In this document: positions 30,733-40,994 of the stretch, piece by piece | Layout: each line of letters opens with the position of its first letter | Numbering within the stretch: position 1 is the stretch's first letter | From: an uncultured delta proteobacterium | GTDB lineage: Bacteria; Desulfobacterota; Binatia; UBA9968 | DNA: 64,000 bases | Direction of reading: 5' to 3' | Assembly (NCBI GenBank): GCA_963745035.1 | Contig: CAVUVW010000002.1 | Coordinates: forward strand, 160,001 to 224,000 | Notes under the pieces: generated by a model | What the model saw: the letters and a program-made list of their open reading frames with translations, nothing else | What the model was told of the DNA's origin: nothing | The model's database searches: none | Translations under genes and position numbers: made by a program

Positions 30733-32481
30733 ATGGCCAATACAGCGGCAGATGTTCTTTTAGATACAATCCACGATTGGGGAGTAGATGTCGTCTTCGG
30801 TCTCCCCGGAGACGGCATCAATGGCATCATGGAAGCGCTGCGCCAGCGCCAGGAGAAAATCCGCTTCATACAGGTACGGCATGAGGAAGCGGCGGCGTTC
30901 ATGGCTTGTGCCTATGCGAAGTATACCGGCAAGCTGGGCGTCTGCGTTGCCACGTCCGGACCCGGCGGCATCCACCTGCTCAACGGCCTTTACGACGCGA
31001 AGCTCGACGGCCAGCCCGTGCTCGCGATCACCGGTCATCACTACCATGATCTCATCGATACCTACGCCCAGCAGGACGTCAATCTCGATCGCCTGTTCAT
31101 GGACGTGGCGGTGTACAACACCCGCGTCATGGGTCCGGCGCATGTGGAACAGGTGGCCAACATCGCGTGCCGCACGGCCCTAGCTTACCGCGGCGTTGCG
31201 CACATCAATTTTCCAGTCGATCTGCAGGAGCAGGAAGGCGGCGAGCGCTCTAAGCGCAATATCGCGGGCCACACTTCGGATGTTTTCGCCGCGCCGCCGG
31301 CGACACCGAGCGATCACCAAATCAAGCGCGCCGCGGAGGTGCTGAATGCAGGAAAGAAGATCGCAATTCTGGCAGGCCAGGGAGCACTCAAAGCCGGCGA
31401 TGAGCTCGAGCGAGTAGCTGAAACGTTGCAGGCGCCGATCATCAAAGCGCTGTTGGGCAAGGCGGTGGTGCCGGACGATAGTGTCTATACCACAGGCGGC
31501 ATCGGACTCTTGGGCACCGCGCCGTCCCAAACTGCCATGGAGAACTGCGACACTCTGCTGATGGTAGGCACTTCATTTCCTTACATTGAATTTCTGCCCA
31601 AACCAGGACAGGCGCGCGGTGTGCAGATCGACCTCGACCCGGCGCGCGTCGGCCTGCGCTATCCGGTCGAGGTAGGCGTCGTGGGCGATAGCCGCGCCGC
31701 CCTGCAAAAGCTGATGCCTCTGCTCCGGCGCAACGAAGACTCGGACTTTCTCGAATCGGCGCAGAAGGGAATGAAAAAGTGGTGGGAGCTGATGGAGGAG
31801 CGCGGTACGCGCAAGGATCATCCCATGTATCCGCAGGTGGTTGCCTGGGAGCTTGACAAGCGCCTTTCCGACACGGCGATCGTCTCTGCCGACTCGGGCA
31901 CCATCGCAACCTGGTTTGCGCGCCAGATCCGCGCGCGGCGCGGTCAGATGTTTTCGCTCTCGGGAACGCTCGCCACCATGGCCAACGGCCTGCCGTACGC
32001 GATCGCCGCCCAGGTGGCCTATCCGGACAGGCAATGCATTGCTTTCGTCGGCGACGGCGGTTTCTCGATGTTGATGGCGGAGTTCGCCACGGCGGTCAAG
32101 TATCGGCTGCCGATCAAAGTGATCGTTATTAAGAACAACACACTGGGCATGATCAAGTGGGAGCAGATGGTCTTTCTCGGCAATCCGGAATACGGCTGCG
32201 AGTTGCACCCAATCGATTTTGCCGCGTTCGCGCAAGCCTGCGGCGGATCCGGCTTTACCATCAAGGAACCGGAGCAGTGCGGTGCAGTTCTCGACCAGGC
32301 GTTGGCGGCTCCCGGGCCAGTGGTGGTGGAAGCGGTTGTCGATCCTCTGGTGCCGCCGTTGCCGGCGAAGATCACCGCTAGTCAGGCGACTCAGTTCGCA
32401 AAATCTCTTGCCCGGGGCGAGCCCAACCGGAGCAAGATTGCCTGGAGCGTTTTGTCAGACAAAATTAGGGAGATGATCTGA
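30733..32481 (+). CDS. TPP-dependent pyruvate oxidase/dehydrogenase (PoxB-like)
   Basis: FGLPGDGING, VRHEEAAAFMA, SGPGGIHLLNGLYDA and GDGGFSM...KNN. Confidence 0.9.
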   Translation: MANTAADVLLDTIHDWGVDVVFGLPGDGINGIMEALRQRQEKIRFIQVRHEEAAAFMACAYAKYTGKLGVCVATSGPGGIHLLNGLYDAKLDGQPVLAITGHHYHDLIDTYAQQDVNLDRLFMDVAVYNTRVMGPAHVEQVANIACRTALAYRGVAHINFPVDLQEQEGGERSKRNIAGHTSDVFAAPPATPSDHQIKRAAEVLNAGKKIAILAGQGALKAGDELERVAETLQAPIIKALLGKAVVPDDSVYTTGGIGLLGTAPSQTAMENCDTLLMVGTSFPYIEFLPKPGQARGVQIDLDPARVGLRYPVEVGVVGDSRAALQKLMPLLRRNEDSDFLESAQKGMKKWWELMEERGTRKDHPMYPQVVAWELDKRLSDTAIVSADSGTIATWFARQIRARRGQMFSLSGTLATMANGLPYAIAAQVAYPDRQCIAFVGDGGFSMLMAEFATAVKYRLPIKVIVIKNNTLGMIKWEQMVFLGNPEYGCELHPIDFAAFAQACGGSGFTIKEPEQCGAVLDQALAAPGPVVVEAVVDPLVPPLPAKITASQATQFAKSLARGEPNRSKIAWSVLSDKIREMI

Positions 32482-32508
32482 TGGCAGTGCCGGGAAAAGA
32501 AAAAGCCG

Positions 32509-32874
32509 ATGGGCGCCAAACGCTGGGCGATTGCGGAGGGATACATTCCTGGTTGGAGCCATGGTCCGGAGCCGCAGTTTACGAGCCACGAGACTGTGTG
32601 CATTCTCAATGTTTCGGACGACGACGCGCACGTGGCGATCACCGTCTTCTATTCGGATCGCGAGCCGGCCGGTCCCTATGAACTGCTCGTGCCGGCGCGG
32701 CGCACTATGCATGTTCGGTTCAACGATTTGCAGGAGCCGGAGCCCATCCCGCTCGATACCGATTTCGCCAGCGTGATCGAGTCCGATGTTCCTGTGGTCG
32801 TGCAACACACCCGTCTCGATTCACGGCAGAGCGAGAACGCGCTCCTGAGCACCATGGCCTATGCTCAGCAGTAG
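32509..32874 (+). CDS. Sensory rhodopsin transducer (ASRT) family protein
   Basis: WAIAEGYIP, SHETVCILN, HVRFNDL and VVVQHTRLDSRQ. Confidence 0.88.
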   Translation: MGAKRWAIAEGYIPGWSHGPEPQFTSHETVCILNVSDDDAHVAITVFYSDREPAGPYELLVPARRTMHVRFNDLQEPEPIPLDTDFASVIESDVPVVVQHTRLDSRQSENALLSTMAYAQQ

Positions 32875-32942
32875 AAATTTTCGGGGGCTCCGCCGTGTGC
32901 CGAACCCAGAGGCGGAGTCGCGCCGCCGTCGTTAGGAACACC

Positions 32943-33959
32943 ATGTCGAAAGCTCAGCCAGAGGTAGTGGTGATTACCGGCGCTTCGGCGGGCGTCGGTC
33001 GCGCCACCGCGCGCGAGTTTGCGCGCCGCGGTGCCCACATCGGGCTGATCGCCCGCGGCACGGAAGGACTGGAAATCGCCCGTCGGGAAGCCGAGGCGGC
33101 GGGCGGCAAGGCGCTGGTGTTCGCGGCCGACGTCGCCCGCGCCGATCAGGTCGAGGCCGCGGCGGCCGCCGTGGAGGAACGCTTCGGACCCATCGACATT
33201 TGGATCAACAACGCCATGAGTTCGATTTTCTCGCCGATCAAAGAGATGAGCGCGGAGGAATTCAGAAGAGTCACCGAGGTGACGTACCTCGGCTTCGTCT
33301 ACGGTACTTTGTCCGCGCTCAAGCGCATGTTGCCGCGCGACCGCGGCGTCATCGTCCAAGTCGGCTCGGCTCTGGCGTATCGCGGGATTCCGCTGCAGGC
33401 CGCCTATTGTGGCGCGAAACATGCGATTCAGGGATTCACCGATTCGCTGCGCTGCGAGTTGCTTCACGACCGGAGCCGCGTGCGGGTCACCGAGGTGCAC
33501 TTGCCGGCGCTCAATACGCCGCAGTTTTCCTGGGTCAAAAGCCGGTTACCGCGTAAGCCACAACCGGTGCCGCCGATTTTTCAGCCGGAGCTGGCGGCAC
33601 GGGCAGTCTACTGGGCGGCGCACCATCGCCGGCCCGAGCTCTACGTCGGTTGGCCGGCCGTCAAAGCGATCATCGGCAACAAGATTGCCCCGCGTGCGGC
33701 CGACTGGTATCTGGCGCGCTACGGCTATGACTCGCAGCAAAGAGATGTCCCCGAAGATCCAGCGCGACCGGATAATCTTTGGCAGCCAGTGCGGGGCGAT
33801 CACGGCGCTCACGGCGAGTTCGATCGCCAGGCGCATAGCGATTCGTACCAGTTCTGGATCACGACGCACCGCCATTGGCTCGCGCTGGCCGGCGTAATCT
33901 TGGCCGGTTGGGCGTGCGCGGCGGAGTTGAAAACCCGGCGGATGCCATGGCGGAAATAA
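32943..33959 (+). CDS. SDR oxidoreductase
   Basis: TGASAGVG, NNA and YCGAK. Confidence 0.9.
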   Translation: MSKAQPEVVVITGASAGVGRATAREFARRGAHIGLIARGTEGLEIARREAEAAGGKALVFAADVARADQVEAAAAAVEERFGPIDIWINNAMSSIFSPIKEMSAEEFRRVTEVTYLGFVYGTLSALKRMLPRDRGVIVQVGSALAYRGIPLQAAYCGAKHAIQGFTDSLRCELLHDRSRVRVTEVHLPALNTPQFSWVKSRLPRKPQPVPPIFQPELAARAVYWAAHHRRPELYVGWPAVKAIIGNKIAPRAADWYLARYGYDSQQRDVPEDPARPDNLWQPVRGDHGAHGEFDRQAHSDSYQFWITTHRHWLALAGVILAGWACAAELKTRRMPWRK

Positions 33960-35779
33960 AACGTCGGAGGCGGGCAAAGCGGCGGTCGAAGTCTCACTCA
34001 GGGGAGCAATCCGCCGCTGCCACCGGAGGGCAGCGCGCGAACCAGCTTGCTCGGCGCAAGCGCAGTGGCGAAGGAAACATCAGCTTACCGGACAACAGGA
34101 GGAGCAAAGAGGCGCAACGCCCTGCGATCAACGATCTCTGGTACAAAAACGCGATCATCTATTGCCTCGACGTCGAGAAGTACGTCGATTCGAATGGCGA
34201 CGGGATCGGCGATTTCGCCGGACTTTCGCAAAGGCTGGATTATCTCGCCGGCCTGGGCGTCACCTGCGTGTGGCTGCAGCCGTTCTACCCATCGCCGAAC
34301 CGCGATAACGGCTACGACGTGGCCGATTTTTATGGCGTCCATCCCAAGCACGGCACCCTCGGCGAGTTCGTCGACTTCATGAATCACGCGGAACAGCTCG
34401 GCATGCGCGTGATCGTCGATCTGGTGATCAATCATACCTCCGATCGTCATTCTTGGTTTCAGGCCGCCCGCAAAGACCCGGGTTCGCCGTATCGCGACTG
34501 GTATGCCTGGTCCAAGACGCGGCCGGACAACTGGAACACGGGAATGGTCTTCCCGGGCGTGCAGAAAGCGACGTGGACCCGCGATCCGGTGGCCGGCGAG
34601 TACTACTTTCATCGGTTCTACGAGTTTCAGCCGGATCTCAACACTTTCAATCCGGCGGTGCAGCGCGAAATCATGCGCATCATGGGGTTCTGGCTGCAGC
34701 TTGGGGTCTCGGGTTTTCGCATGGACGCGGTGCCGTTTCTGATCGAGAAAAAAGGCGCAGGCGTCGTGCCGCGGAAGGATTTTGAACTTCTCCATCTGCT
34801 GCAGGATTTCCTCCAATGGCGGCGGCGCGATGCGATCATGCTCGCGGAGGCCAACGTACCTCCCGACGAAAGTATGCAGTACTTCGGAGAGGACGGCGAG
34901 CGCCTGCAGATGATGCTGAACTTCGCGGTCAACCAGCGGGTTTTTTACGCGCTGGCCACCGGCGATATCAAACCGCTGGTGCGCGCGCTGGAAGCGACCT
35001 ACGAGCGCCCGCCGACGGCGCAATGGGTGAACTTTCTCCGCAGCCATGACGAGCTCGATCTCGGCCGGCTGACCGACGCGCAACGAGAGCGCGTGTTCCG
35101 CGCGTTTGCGCCGGAAACTGAGATGCAGCTTTATAATCGCGGCATACGGCGCCGTCTGGCGCCGATGCTCGACAACGATCGCCGCAGAATGGAGCTGGCC
35201 TTCAGTCTGCTTTTCACTCTGCCGGGCACGCCGATGCTGCAGTTCGGCGACGAGATCGGACTCGGCGACGACTTGTCGCTGCCCGAACGGGAGTGCGCGC
35301 GCACGCCGATGCAGTGGTCCAGCGAACCGCATGGCGGGTTCACCACCGGACCACGGCCGGTCCTGCCGGTCATCTCCGATCCGATCTACGGCTACCGCCG
35401 TGTCAACGTCGAAGCGCAACGCCGCGATCCGCAGTCGCTGCTCAACTGGATGGAGCGGAAAATTCGCATGCGCAAGGAATGTCCGGAGATCAGCTGGGGC
35501 GACTGGAAAATTTTACCCACCGACCAGCCCGGTGTCCTCGTCATGTGCTACGCCTGGAGGCAGCGCCACCTGGTGACCTTGCATAATTTCACGGGCAAGC
35601 CACGCGCCGTGGTGCTCGACAGCAAAGCCATTGGCGCTCAGACCGGCCCGGGTACTCTGGTCGACCTTCTGGCTCGGAACGACAGCCGTGCGGACGAGAG
35701 CGGGCGCTTTCTGGTCGAGCTGCAGCCATACGATTATCGCTGGCTCCGTGTCGGCGGTATCGATGTGAGCGGTACGTAA
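33947..35779 (+). CDS. Trehalose-synthase-like GH13 enzyme
   Basis: LWYKNAIIYCLDV, HRFYEFQPDLN, GFRMDAVPF, FLRSHDELDL and RGIRRRLAPML. Confidence 0.85.
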   Translation: MAEIKRRRRAKRRSKSHSGEQSAAATGGQRANQLARRKRSGEGNISLPDNRRSKEAQRPAINDLWYKNAIIYCLDVEKYVDSNGDGIGDFAGLSQRLDYLAGLGVTCVWLQPFYPSPNRDNGYDVADFYGVHPKHGTLGEFVDFMNHAEQLGMRVIVDLVINHTSDRHSWFQAARKDPGSPYRDWYAWSKTRPDNWNTGMVFPGVQKATWTRDPVAGEYYFHRFYEFQPDLNTFNPAVQREIMRIMGFWLQLGVSGFRMDAVPFLIEKKGAGVVPRKDFELLHLLQDFLQWRRRDAIMLAEANVPPDESMQYFGEDGERLQMMLNFAVNQRVFYALATGDIKPLVRALEATYERPPTAQWVNFLRSHDELDLGRLTDAQRERVFRAFAPETEMQLYNRGIRRRLAPMLDNDRRRMELAFSLLFTLPGTPMLQFGDEIGLGDDLSLPERECARTPMQWSSEPHGGFTTGPRPVLPVISDPIYGYRRVNVEAQRRDPQSLLNWMERKIRMRKECPEISWGDWKILPTDQPGVLVMCYAWRQRHLVTLHNFTGKPRAVVLDSKAIGAQTGPGTLVDLLARNDSRADESGRFLVELQPYDYRWLRVGGIDVSGT

Positions 35780-35977
35780 CGCCGCACTACTCTCCGAGAA
35801 CCTGCCCCAGCGGATCGCCGAGCTCCGAGAATCCTAAAAAGACCGGTGACGCATACCGGCGATGAAAACAATCCGGCAGCGGCCCTGATCCAACGGCGGA
35901 GACAATCTAACTCACAAGAGGGATAGCTTGGGAAGAGCAATCAAGTTAAGGAAAGGCGTCGGTGTAATCGCAACATT

Positions 35978-36220
35978 TCATTCTTGGTCTAGATCGTAGA
36001 GTCGCGCTCCTTTTTGCACCTCCTTCTCATCCCATTCTTCGCCACCCTTCACTACCCGGATGCTTTTTCGGTCGACGTCATCCCCGAAAAGCCTCTCCAA
36101 GAGCTTTTGAACCGTGTCCATCGTCGGTTCACCATTACATTTTGCCCAAATGACACGGCTAGCCGGGTCCTGAGGATTGGATGAATTGCTCCTCAGCTCG
36201 AATGTGATTGAGTAGATCAT
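35978..36220 (-). CDS. Small hypothetical protein
   Basis: 80-aa ORF with AAGAAGAG upstream. Confidence 0.5.
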   Translation of the reverse strand: MIYSITFELRSNSSNPQDPASRVIWAKCNGEPTMDTVQKLLERLFGDDVDRKSIRVVKGGEEWDEKEVQKGARLYDLDQE

Positions 36221-37450
36221 CTCTTCTTAATTTGAACGAAAGCCGAGTTAGTTCAAGTCCGCTTGCTTTCTGCCGCGTCTGATTTTTAAAGGCCTCGTAA
36301 AACTTCTTCGACGGCTTGACGCGCGCAGCACGTTTAAATTCTCGGTCGTGGCAAATGAGACTATTTCTTCTTCTGCTTCTGTCTACTACGCTTGAAAGGG
36401 CCTCTCATGCCTTCTTGTACGGCTTCACGCGCGAGGCGCTCAAGATTGTTTTGAGTTTTCTGTGTCGGAAACACGAGTGGCTGGCCTACCTGCCAATCGG
36501 TACTCCGACGTTTGGTTTGCGACTTTTTAGTTTTTGCCATGCTACAAGAATGGCACAACACGGCGGGTTTCACCATGCCTCTTTTTGTCGCATCGCAGGA
36601 TTAAGCTTAGCAGTGAACCAAAATTAACGATGGACAATTCCGTCCTGCCGGCGGGGGATCGCTTTTTGCTCGGGCATTTGGAACTCGCGATCATGCGATT
36701 TTATGGAACTCTTGGGAGCCGCAGCTCCTCTCAGTTCTGGCCTGTTCGTTGCTCTGTTTTCAGCGGACGGACAATGTGATTCACAACAAGCCGCGTCGGG
36801 ACGGCAGAGAAATCTGTAGCGGCCCGTCGGCAGTTTGGCATCGAGCAACCCAAACTCGCTCTTTCGCTTGTCCGGCTTTTTATCTGGAGCAACGCTTTTG
36901 GGTATTCTGCTAACGTTCAAGGGACCAAAATCGAGACGTAAACGGAAAGATCTCGCCGTTCAACCACTCAAGCACTGTAAGGTGCCATTGGATGAACTGG
37001 AGACAAAGTTTGCCATCGAGCTAGGCGATGGGGATTTGGCCCTTGGAATCCGCCGCGCCATCATTCTTGCTGCCATGCGACAGCCGAAAACACAATGCAT
37101 TGAGCGCCTTGTAGGTTTGTCGGGGCTGTTTGCCTCAGTGGAATAGAGAGTCGCGCTGGCGAACTTGGCTGGCCTATTCTGAAGACGTCCGGCATGTTAG
37201 TTTTAGTGCATGACGTTTGAAAACGATAAAGGCGAAAAAGTAGAAATCAACTTTCAGAACTTCGAGAAAATCTTGCCGGGGGAAAACCAGGCTTCACGCC
37301 CGTGAAGCTTAAAAACGGTCAGGAAGTATGGGTGCAAGCGACGGAAAATGAGATTCTCGAAGCTACTGCCGAAGAATAGCCATCCTCCCGCGTAGCACGT
37401 TCCTCATCCTGCTTACGCGGGCCCATGATAACGTGTGTGAATTTCGCCCC

Positions 37451-37720
37451 TCAAGATCGTAGGAAATTTTCTAACGCGACCTTTGCCCGGTCAGTTCCCA
37501 GTCTCGCGAAATCGACTTGTCCCGAGGTGTACTCGTCAGACTTGGATTTCCAGGCGATACGATGGTCTAGGATCTGCTCGATGATCTCGGCGGTCCATTT
37601 TTTTCCTTTGCCGCCGATGCTGGCCCGCCAATGAAGCCGCTGATCGTCTAGCTGGTGGAATTCCTTGACTCCTTCCATGAATCTGGGGAATTCTTCAAAC
37701 TGCGTCCATTGATTGTAATG
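37451..37720 (-). pseudogene. SRPBCC/polyketide-cyclase family remnant
   Basis: YNQWTQFEEFPRFMEGV...LHWRASIGG...WTAEIIEQ...RIAWKS; both termini missing. Confidence 0.7.
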
Positions 37721-37884
37721 ATTTTTTGTTGTTTCGCGATTTCCGCTGCGTCAAATTCAGCGTGGGGTGAAATTCTCAGGCCCTCATAATTGTCCCGTGA
37801 TCGTCGGCGGGCTAGTCGGACCCGACGTGCCTTGGATAGGAATACGGTATCCCCAGTCGTATTTGTGATTGGAGGCGCCGAGAT

Positions 37885-38394
37885 ATGAAGATTTTTGGTT
37901 TGAAGAAGAAGATCATCGGTGTAGGACTGATCTCCGTATTTTTCGCCATGAGTTATTCTGCGGCACAAGAAAAGGTTCTGTTGGATTTGAAACGGCTCGC
38001 CAACAAGCCCCGGCCGGAGATAGAAAAATTCCTGGGGACGCCGTCAAAGTTGATCGATGATGTTTTCAGAAGTACGCGCGGCTATACATACCCGGCAGTG
38101 AGGGCGAGCTATATGAACGACTCCATAGAAGTGACTTATTTGGAGGGAGGAGCGCGGTATTTTAAGATATGGATTCAAAAATTGGGCGGAAGATATCAGG
38201 GCTACTCCTATCCGGAAGATACATCGATGCTCCTCGGAGACCTCGGCCTGGATCGAAACATTGCAGCCGATTTCTCCAATAACACTGTAACCAGATGGCG
38301 AGACCTACCGGACATTTACGAGATCAACTTTTTTGCTACGGCCGAAAAGCGAATTTGGTATGTGCATGTGGTGACCAGTCGAATTTACGAATGA
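37885..38394 (+). CDS. Exported hypothetical protein
   Basis: Signal peptide; GGAGG RBS; AT-richer than the flanks. Confidence 0.7.
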   Translation: MKIFGLKKKIIGVGLISVFFAMSYSAAQEKVLLDLKRLANKPRPEIEKFLGTPSKLIDDVFRSTRGYTYPAVRASYMNDSIEVTYLEGGARYFKIWIQKLGGRYQGYSYPEDTSMLLGDLGLDRNIAADFSNNTVTRWRDLPDIYEINFFATAEKRIWYVHVVTSRIYE

Positions 38395-38481
38395 CGAGCC
38401 ATGTCTGCTGTGGCAATCCTCAAGCCTGGTGTCGTTTGCTTTTCTTTTTCCTCTGTTGCAACGACGATACGTTGCCGATCA

Positions 38482-40203
38482 TCACGATGCGGCCAGATGT
38501 TCGGCAATTTTCCGCGCCAGCGTCAATCCGGTCAGCGCCGGATTCACCGAGCCTACCGTCGGGAACAACGACTGATCACAAGCGTACGCGTTGTTGATGT
38601 GGTGAAAGCGCCCGTTACTGTTCGTCACCGAATTTGCCTGGTTATCGCCCATCCACAGCGTGCCGGATTCATGATAGGTCGTTCCTAGCCCGCGATGCCA
38701 CTCTGGAAACGGTCGGTTGAGCGGAAACGGTTGCGTCTGCCACCCGCCGTCGTAAAGGTACTCAATATTGCCGGGCCCTTGAGCGATCGCCTGCGCCAGG
38801 GCGAGGGCCGTCTGATCCATCGCCTGCCAAACCTGCAAATCACCTGAGTTGAGCGTGATCTGCACATACGCCCTCGGCACGCCGAACTCGTCAAATTCGT
38901 AGGGGCTCAGGTTGATCCAGCTTGTCGTTGCATTGGGAATGCCGGACGTCTTGTCGCCGCGCATTTCGCCGATACCGCGAAATGTGATCGTAATCCAGTC
39001 CGGATCCTGATTGGCGAGCTGTGCCGAAAGGATGTCCACGTCGGGAATCATTCGAAACAGCATCTCGTCCGAGCCTGCCGCGTGCGTCGACGCGGTGATC
39101 TGGATGTGAAAGCGCCCCGACGGCGTCACGCCACGAACCAAGAGCGCCGCGGTTTGCACGTGCGCGGGTACAGGCGGCAATGCCGACCTGCGCACGCGCA
39201 CGGTGAAGTCGCTGCGCACGTGTGCCATCAGATTGCGTCCCATCAGCGGCGTCGGAAAAGAATGCAGCGCGAGGCGCGTGCTTTCGATCGCGCTCGCTGC
39301 CAGTATCACCGCGCATTGCGGGCTGACGGGCAAGAACTTCCGTTGACCACCGACGTCGAGCTCAAGGGTGTGTACCACGCCGCCGCCGGCGTGCAGCTTG
39401 ATCACGTGCGCGAGCGGAACGAGAAAGAGCCTGCGGTTCGCGTCGTTCAATCCGGAAGCATCGACGGCATCGCGGATCGCTTCGACTACGATCGGCAAGC
39501 TGCTGAATTTATCGAAGCTGAACAGGCCCGATTGGGGTGCGCTGCCTTGAACCGCCAAAGGCGCCACTTCGACACCGTTATTTCCGACGGTCGTATCGAT
39601 GTTCGATACCGAGCCGACCACCGATCCAACCTTGCTATGCAATACCTGGAACAGCTCACCGAAGATGAAATCCGTTCCGGGCACGACGCCGGTCTCGCTC
39701 TCAACGTCCGTATAGTGCTGATTGAAATACTGCGCGATTGCAGAGGGCCAGCCTTGCAAGTCGGCGGCAGTAAGCCGGGGACACCAGCCTCCCCAGTAAA
39801 TCGATTTCCCGCCGGTGCAGTACGCCAGCCCGGGGAATTCCACGTTGCCGCGCCAAGGAATCCCCCACACGAGGTCGCGCGCCACGCCGGTGTCGCTCGA
39901 CGGTGCAATCGGCGACGGCACATTCAATCCGATGCGAGCCAGGTTCTGCACGTGCTCCGATACCATGAAGCGCCCCGCGTCGAGTAGAAGCACCCGCTTG
40001 CTCGAACTCCGGCGGAAGATCTTCGCGGCACAGTACGCACCGTACATCCCCGCGCCGATGACGATCGCGGAGAACGGCGCGCCGCCTTGAGCCGTTGCCT
40101 CTTCCCAGGTGCTACAGATGTAGCGGGCGAGCGCATCGACCGCGAATGACGTGTGTTGGACCGCAACCTGATTGCCGCCGGGGACTAGATTGGGGAGTGG
40201 CAT
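38482..40203 (-). CDS. GMC-family FAD oxidoreductase
   Basis: IVIGAGMYG, GGKSIYWGGWCPR, HESGTLWMG and GSVNPALT. Confidence 0.88.
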   Translation of the reverse strand: MPLPNLVPGGNQVAVQHTSFAVDALARYICSTWEEATAQGGAPFSAIVIGAGMYGAYCAAKIFRRSSSKRVLLLDAGRFMVSEHVQNLARIGLNVPSPIAPSSDTGVARDLVWGIPWRGNVEFPGLAYCTGGKSIYWGGWCPRLTAADLQGWPSAIAQYFNQHYTDVESETGVVPGTDFIFGELFQVLHSKVGSVVGSVSNIDTTVGNNGVEVAPLAVQGSAPQSGLFSFDKFSSLPIVVEAIRDAVDASGLNDANRRLFLVPLAHVIKLHAGGGVVHTLELDVGGQRKFLPVSPQCAVILAASAIESTRLALHSFPTPLMGRNLMAHVRSDFTVRVRRSALPPVPAHVQTAALLVRGVTPSGRFHIQITASTHAAGSDEMLFRMIPDVDILSAQLANQDPDWITITFRGIGEMRGDKTSGIPNATTSWINLSPYEFDEFGVPRAYVQITLNSGDLQVWQAMDQTALALAQAIAQGPGNIEYLYDGGWQTQPFPLNRPFPEWHRGLGTTYHESGTLWMGDNQANSVTNSNGRFHHINNAYACDQSLFPTVGSVNPALTGLTLARKIAEHLAAS

Positions 40204-40513
40204 GCGTGTTCTCCTGGTCTTAGCGTTGAAAGCGAAGACGGGTTGGCCGATGCCAATCGAACCGGGATGGCGTCACCGTCTAGCGAAGGCGGCGCGGCGT
40301 TTCCGTCTCCTCTCGTTCACCCTATGCAATTCGTCCGGTCGCATACAAGATGCTTTGTGTCATCACGCAAGTCGTAATGAATCGCTAGAAAAGTTACTAT
40401 GCATCTCAAAGTCGTTACTGCCTAAAGCACGCAAAAGAGCGCCAATTGACAAGCTCGGCACCGGCTTGGTAGTGGTTTAGCTAGCGGTGACGGATCAAAG
40501 AAAGGGAATTCCC

Positions 40514-40810
40514 ATGAATCGTCTAAAATTAAAGGCCTCGCTGGTGATTTTTCTGTTTTCATGCGCCGGCTGCGCGAGCGGCGCTTACAACCTAGCGGAT
40601 CTTCCCCAGGAGCAAGCCGGCAGCGGCTATTGCCACAAGAAGCTGCGACCGGTTGGCTCCACCGACCCCGCCAAGGCGTTCCATGGCAATTCGGGCGACT
40701 ACATCGACTACTCAGGCCCGTGCGACGGGCCCTCGACCCAAGAGCAAGTCCGGAAACAAAGACGATTTGAGCAGTTTCGATTCGGCCGCGACTACATGGA
40801 TGAAGGCTAG
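40514..40810 (+). CDS. Small lipoprotein
   Basis: Lipobox-like CAGC; two further Cys (YCH, GPCD). Confidence 0.6.
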   Translation: MNRLKLKASLVIFLFSCAGCASGAYNLADLPQEQAGSGYCHKKLRPVGSTDPAKAFHGNSGDYIDYSGPCDGPSTQEQVRKQRRFEQFRFGRDYMDEG

Positions 40811-40994
40811 AAGTTCTGTACAGGACGTCAGGCAAATTCCCAGCGCTAACCGCGCAGTTTAGATAGGCGGCATCACTGAGCGCCTCCCCGTTAGTTCCCT
40901 CATTGGCCAGGCCACATCCGATAGACTCACTTGGTGCCGGTACAAAGGAAGCGCACCGCAGCACCTTTACAGCGGATCGTCGATACAATCTCCC

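Noticed and set aside
32509-32874. ASRT as evidence of light sensing
   Set aside because: There is no rhodopsin in the window, and stand-alone ASRT genes are common
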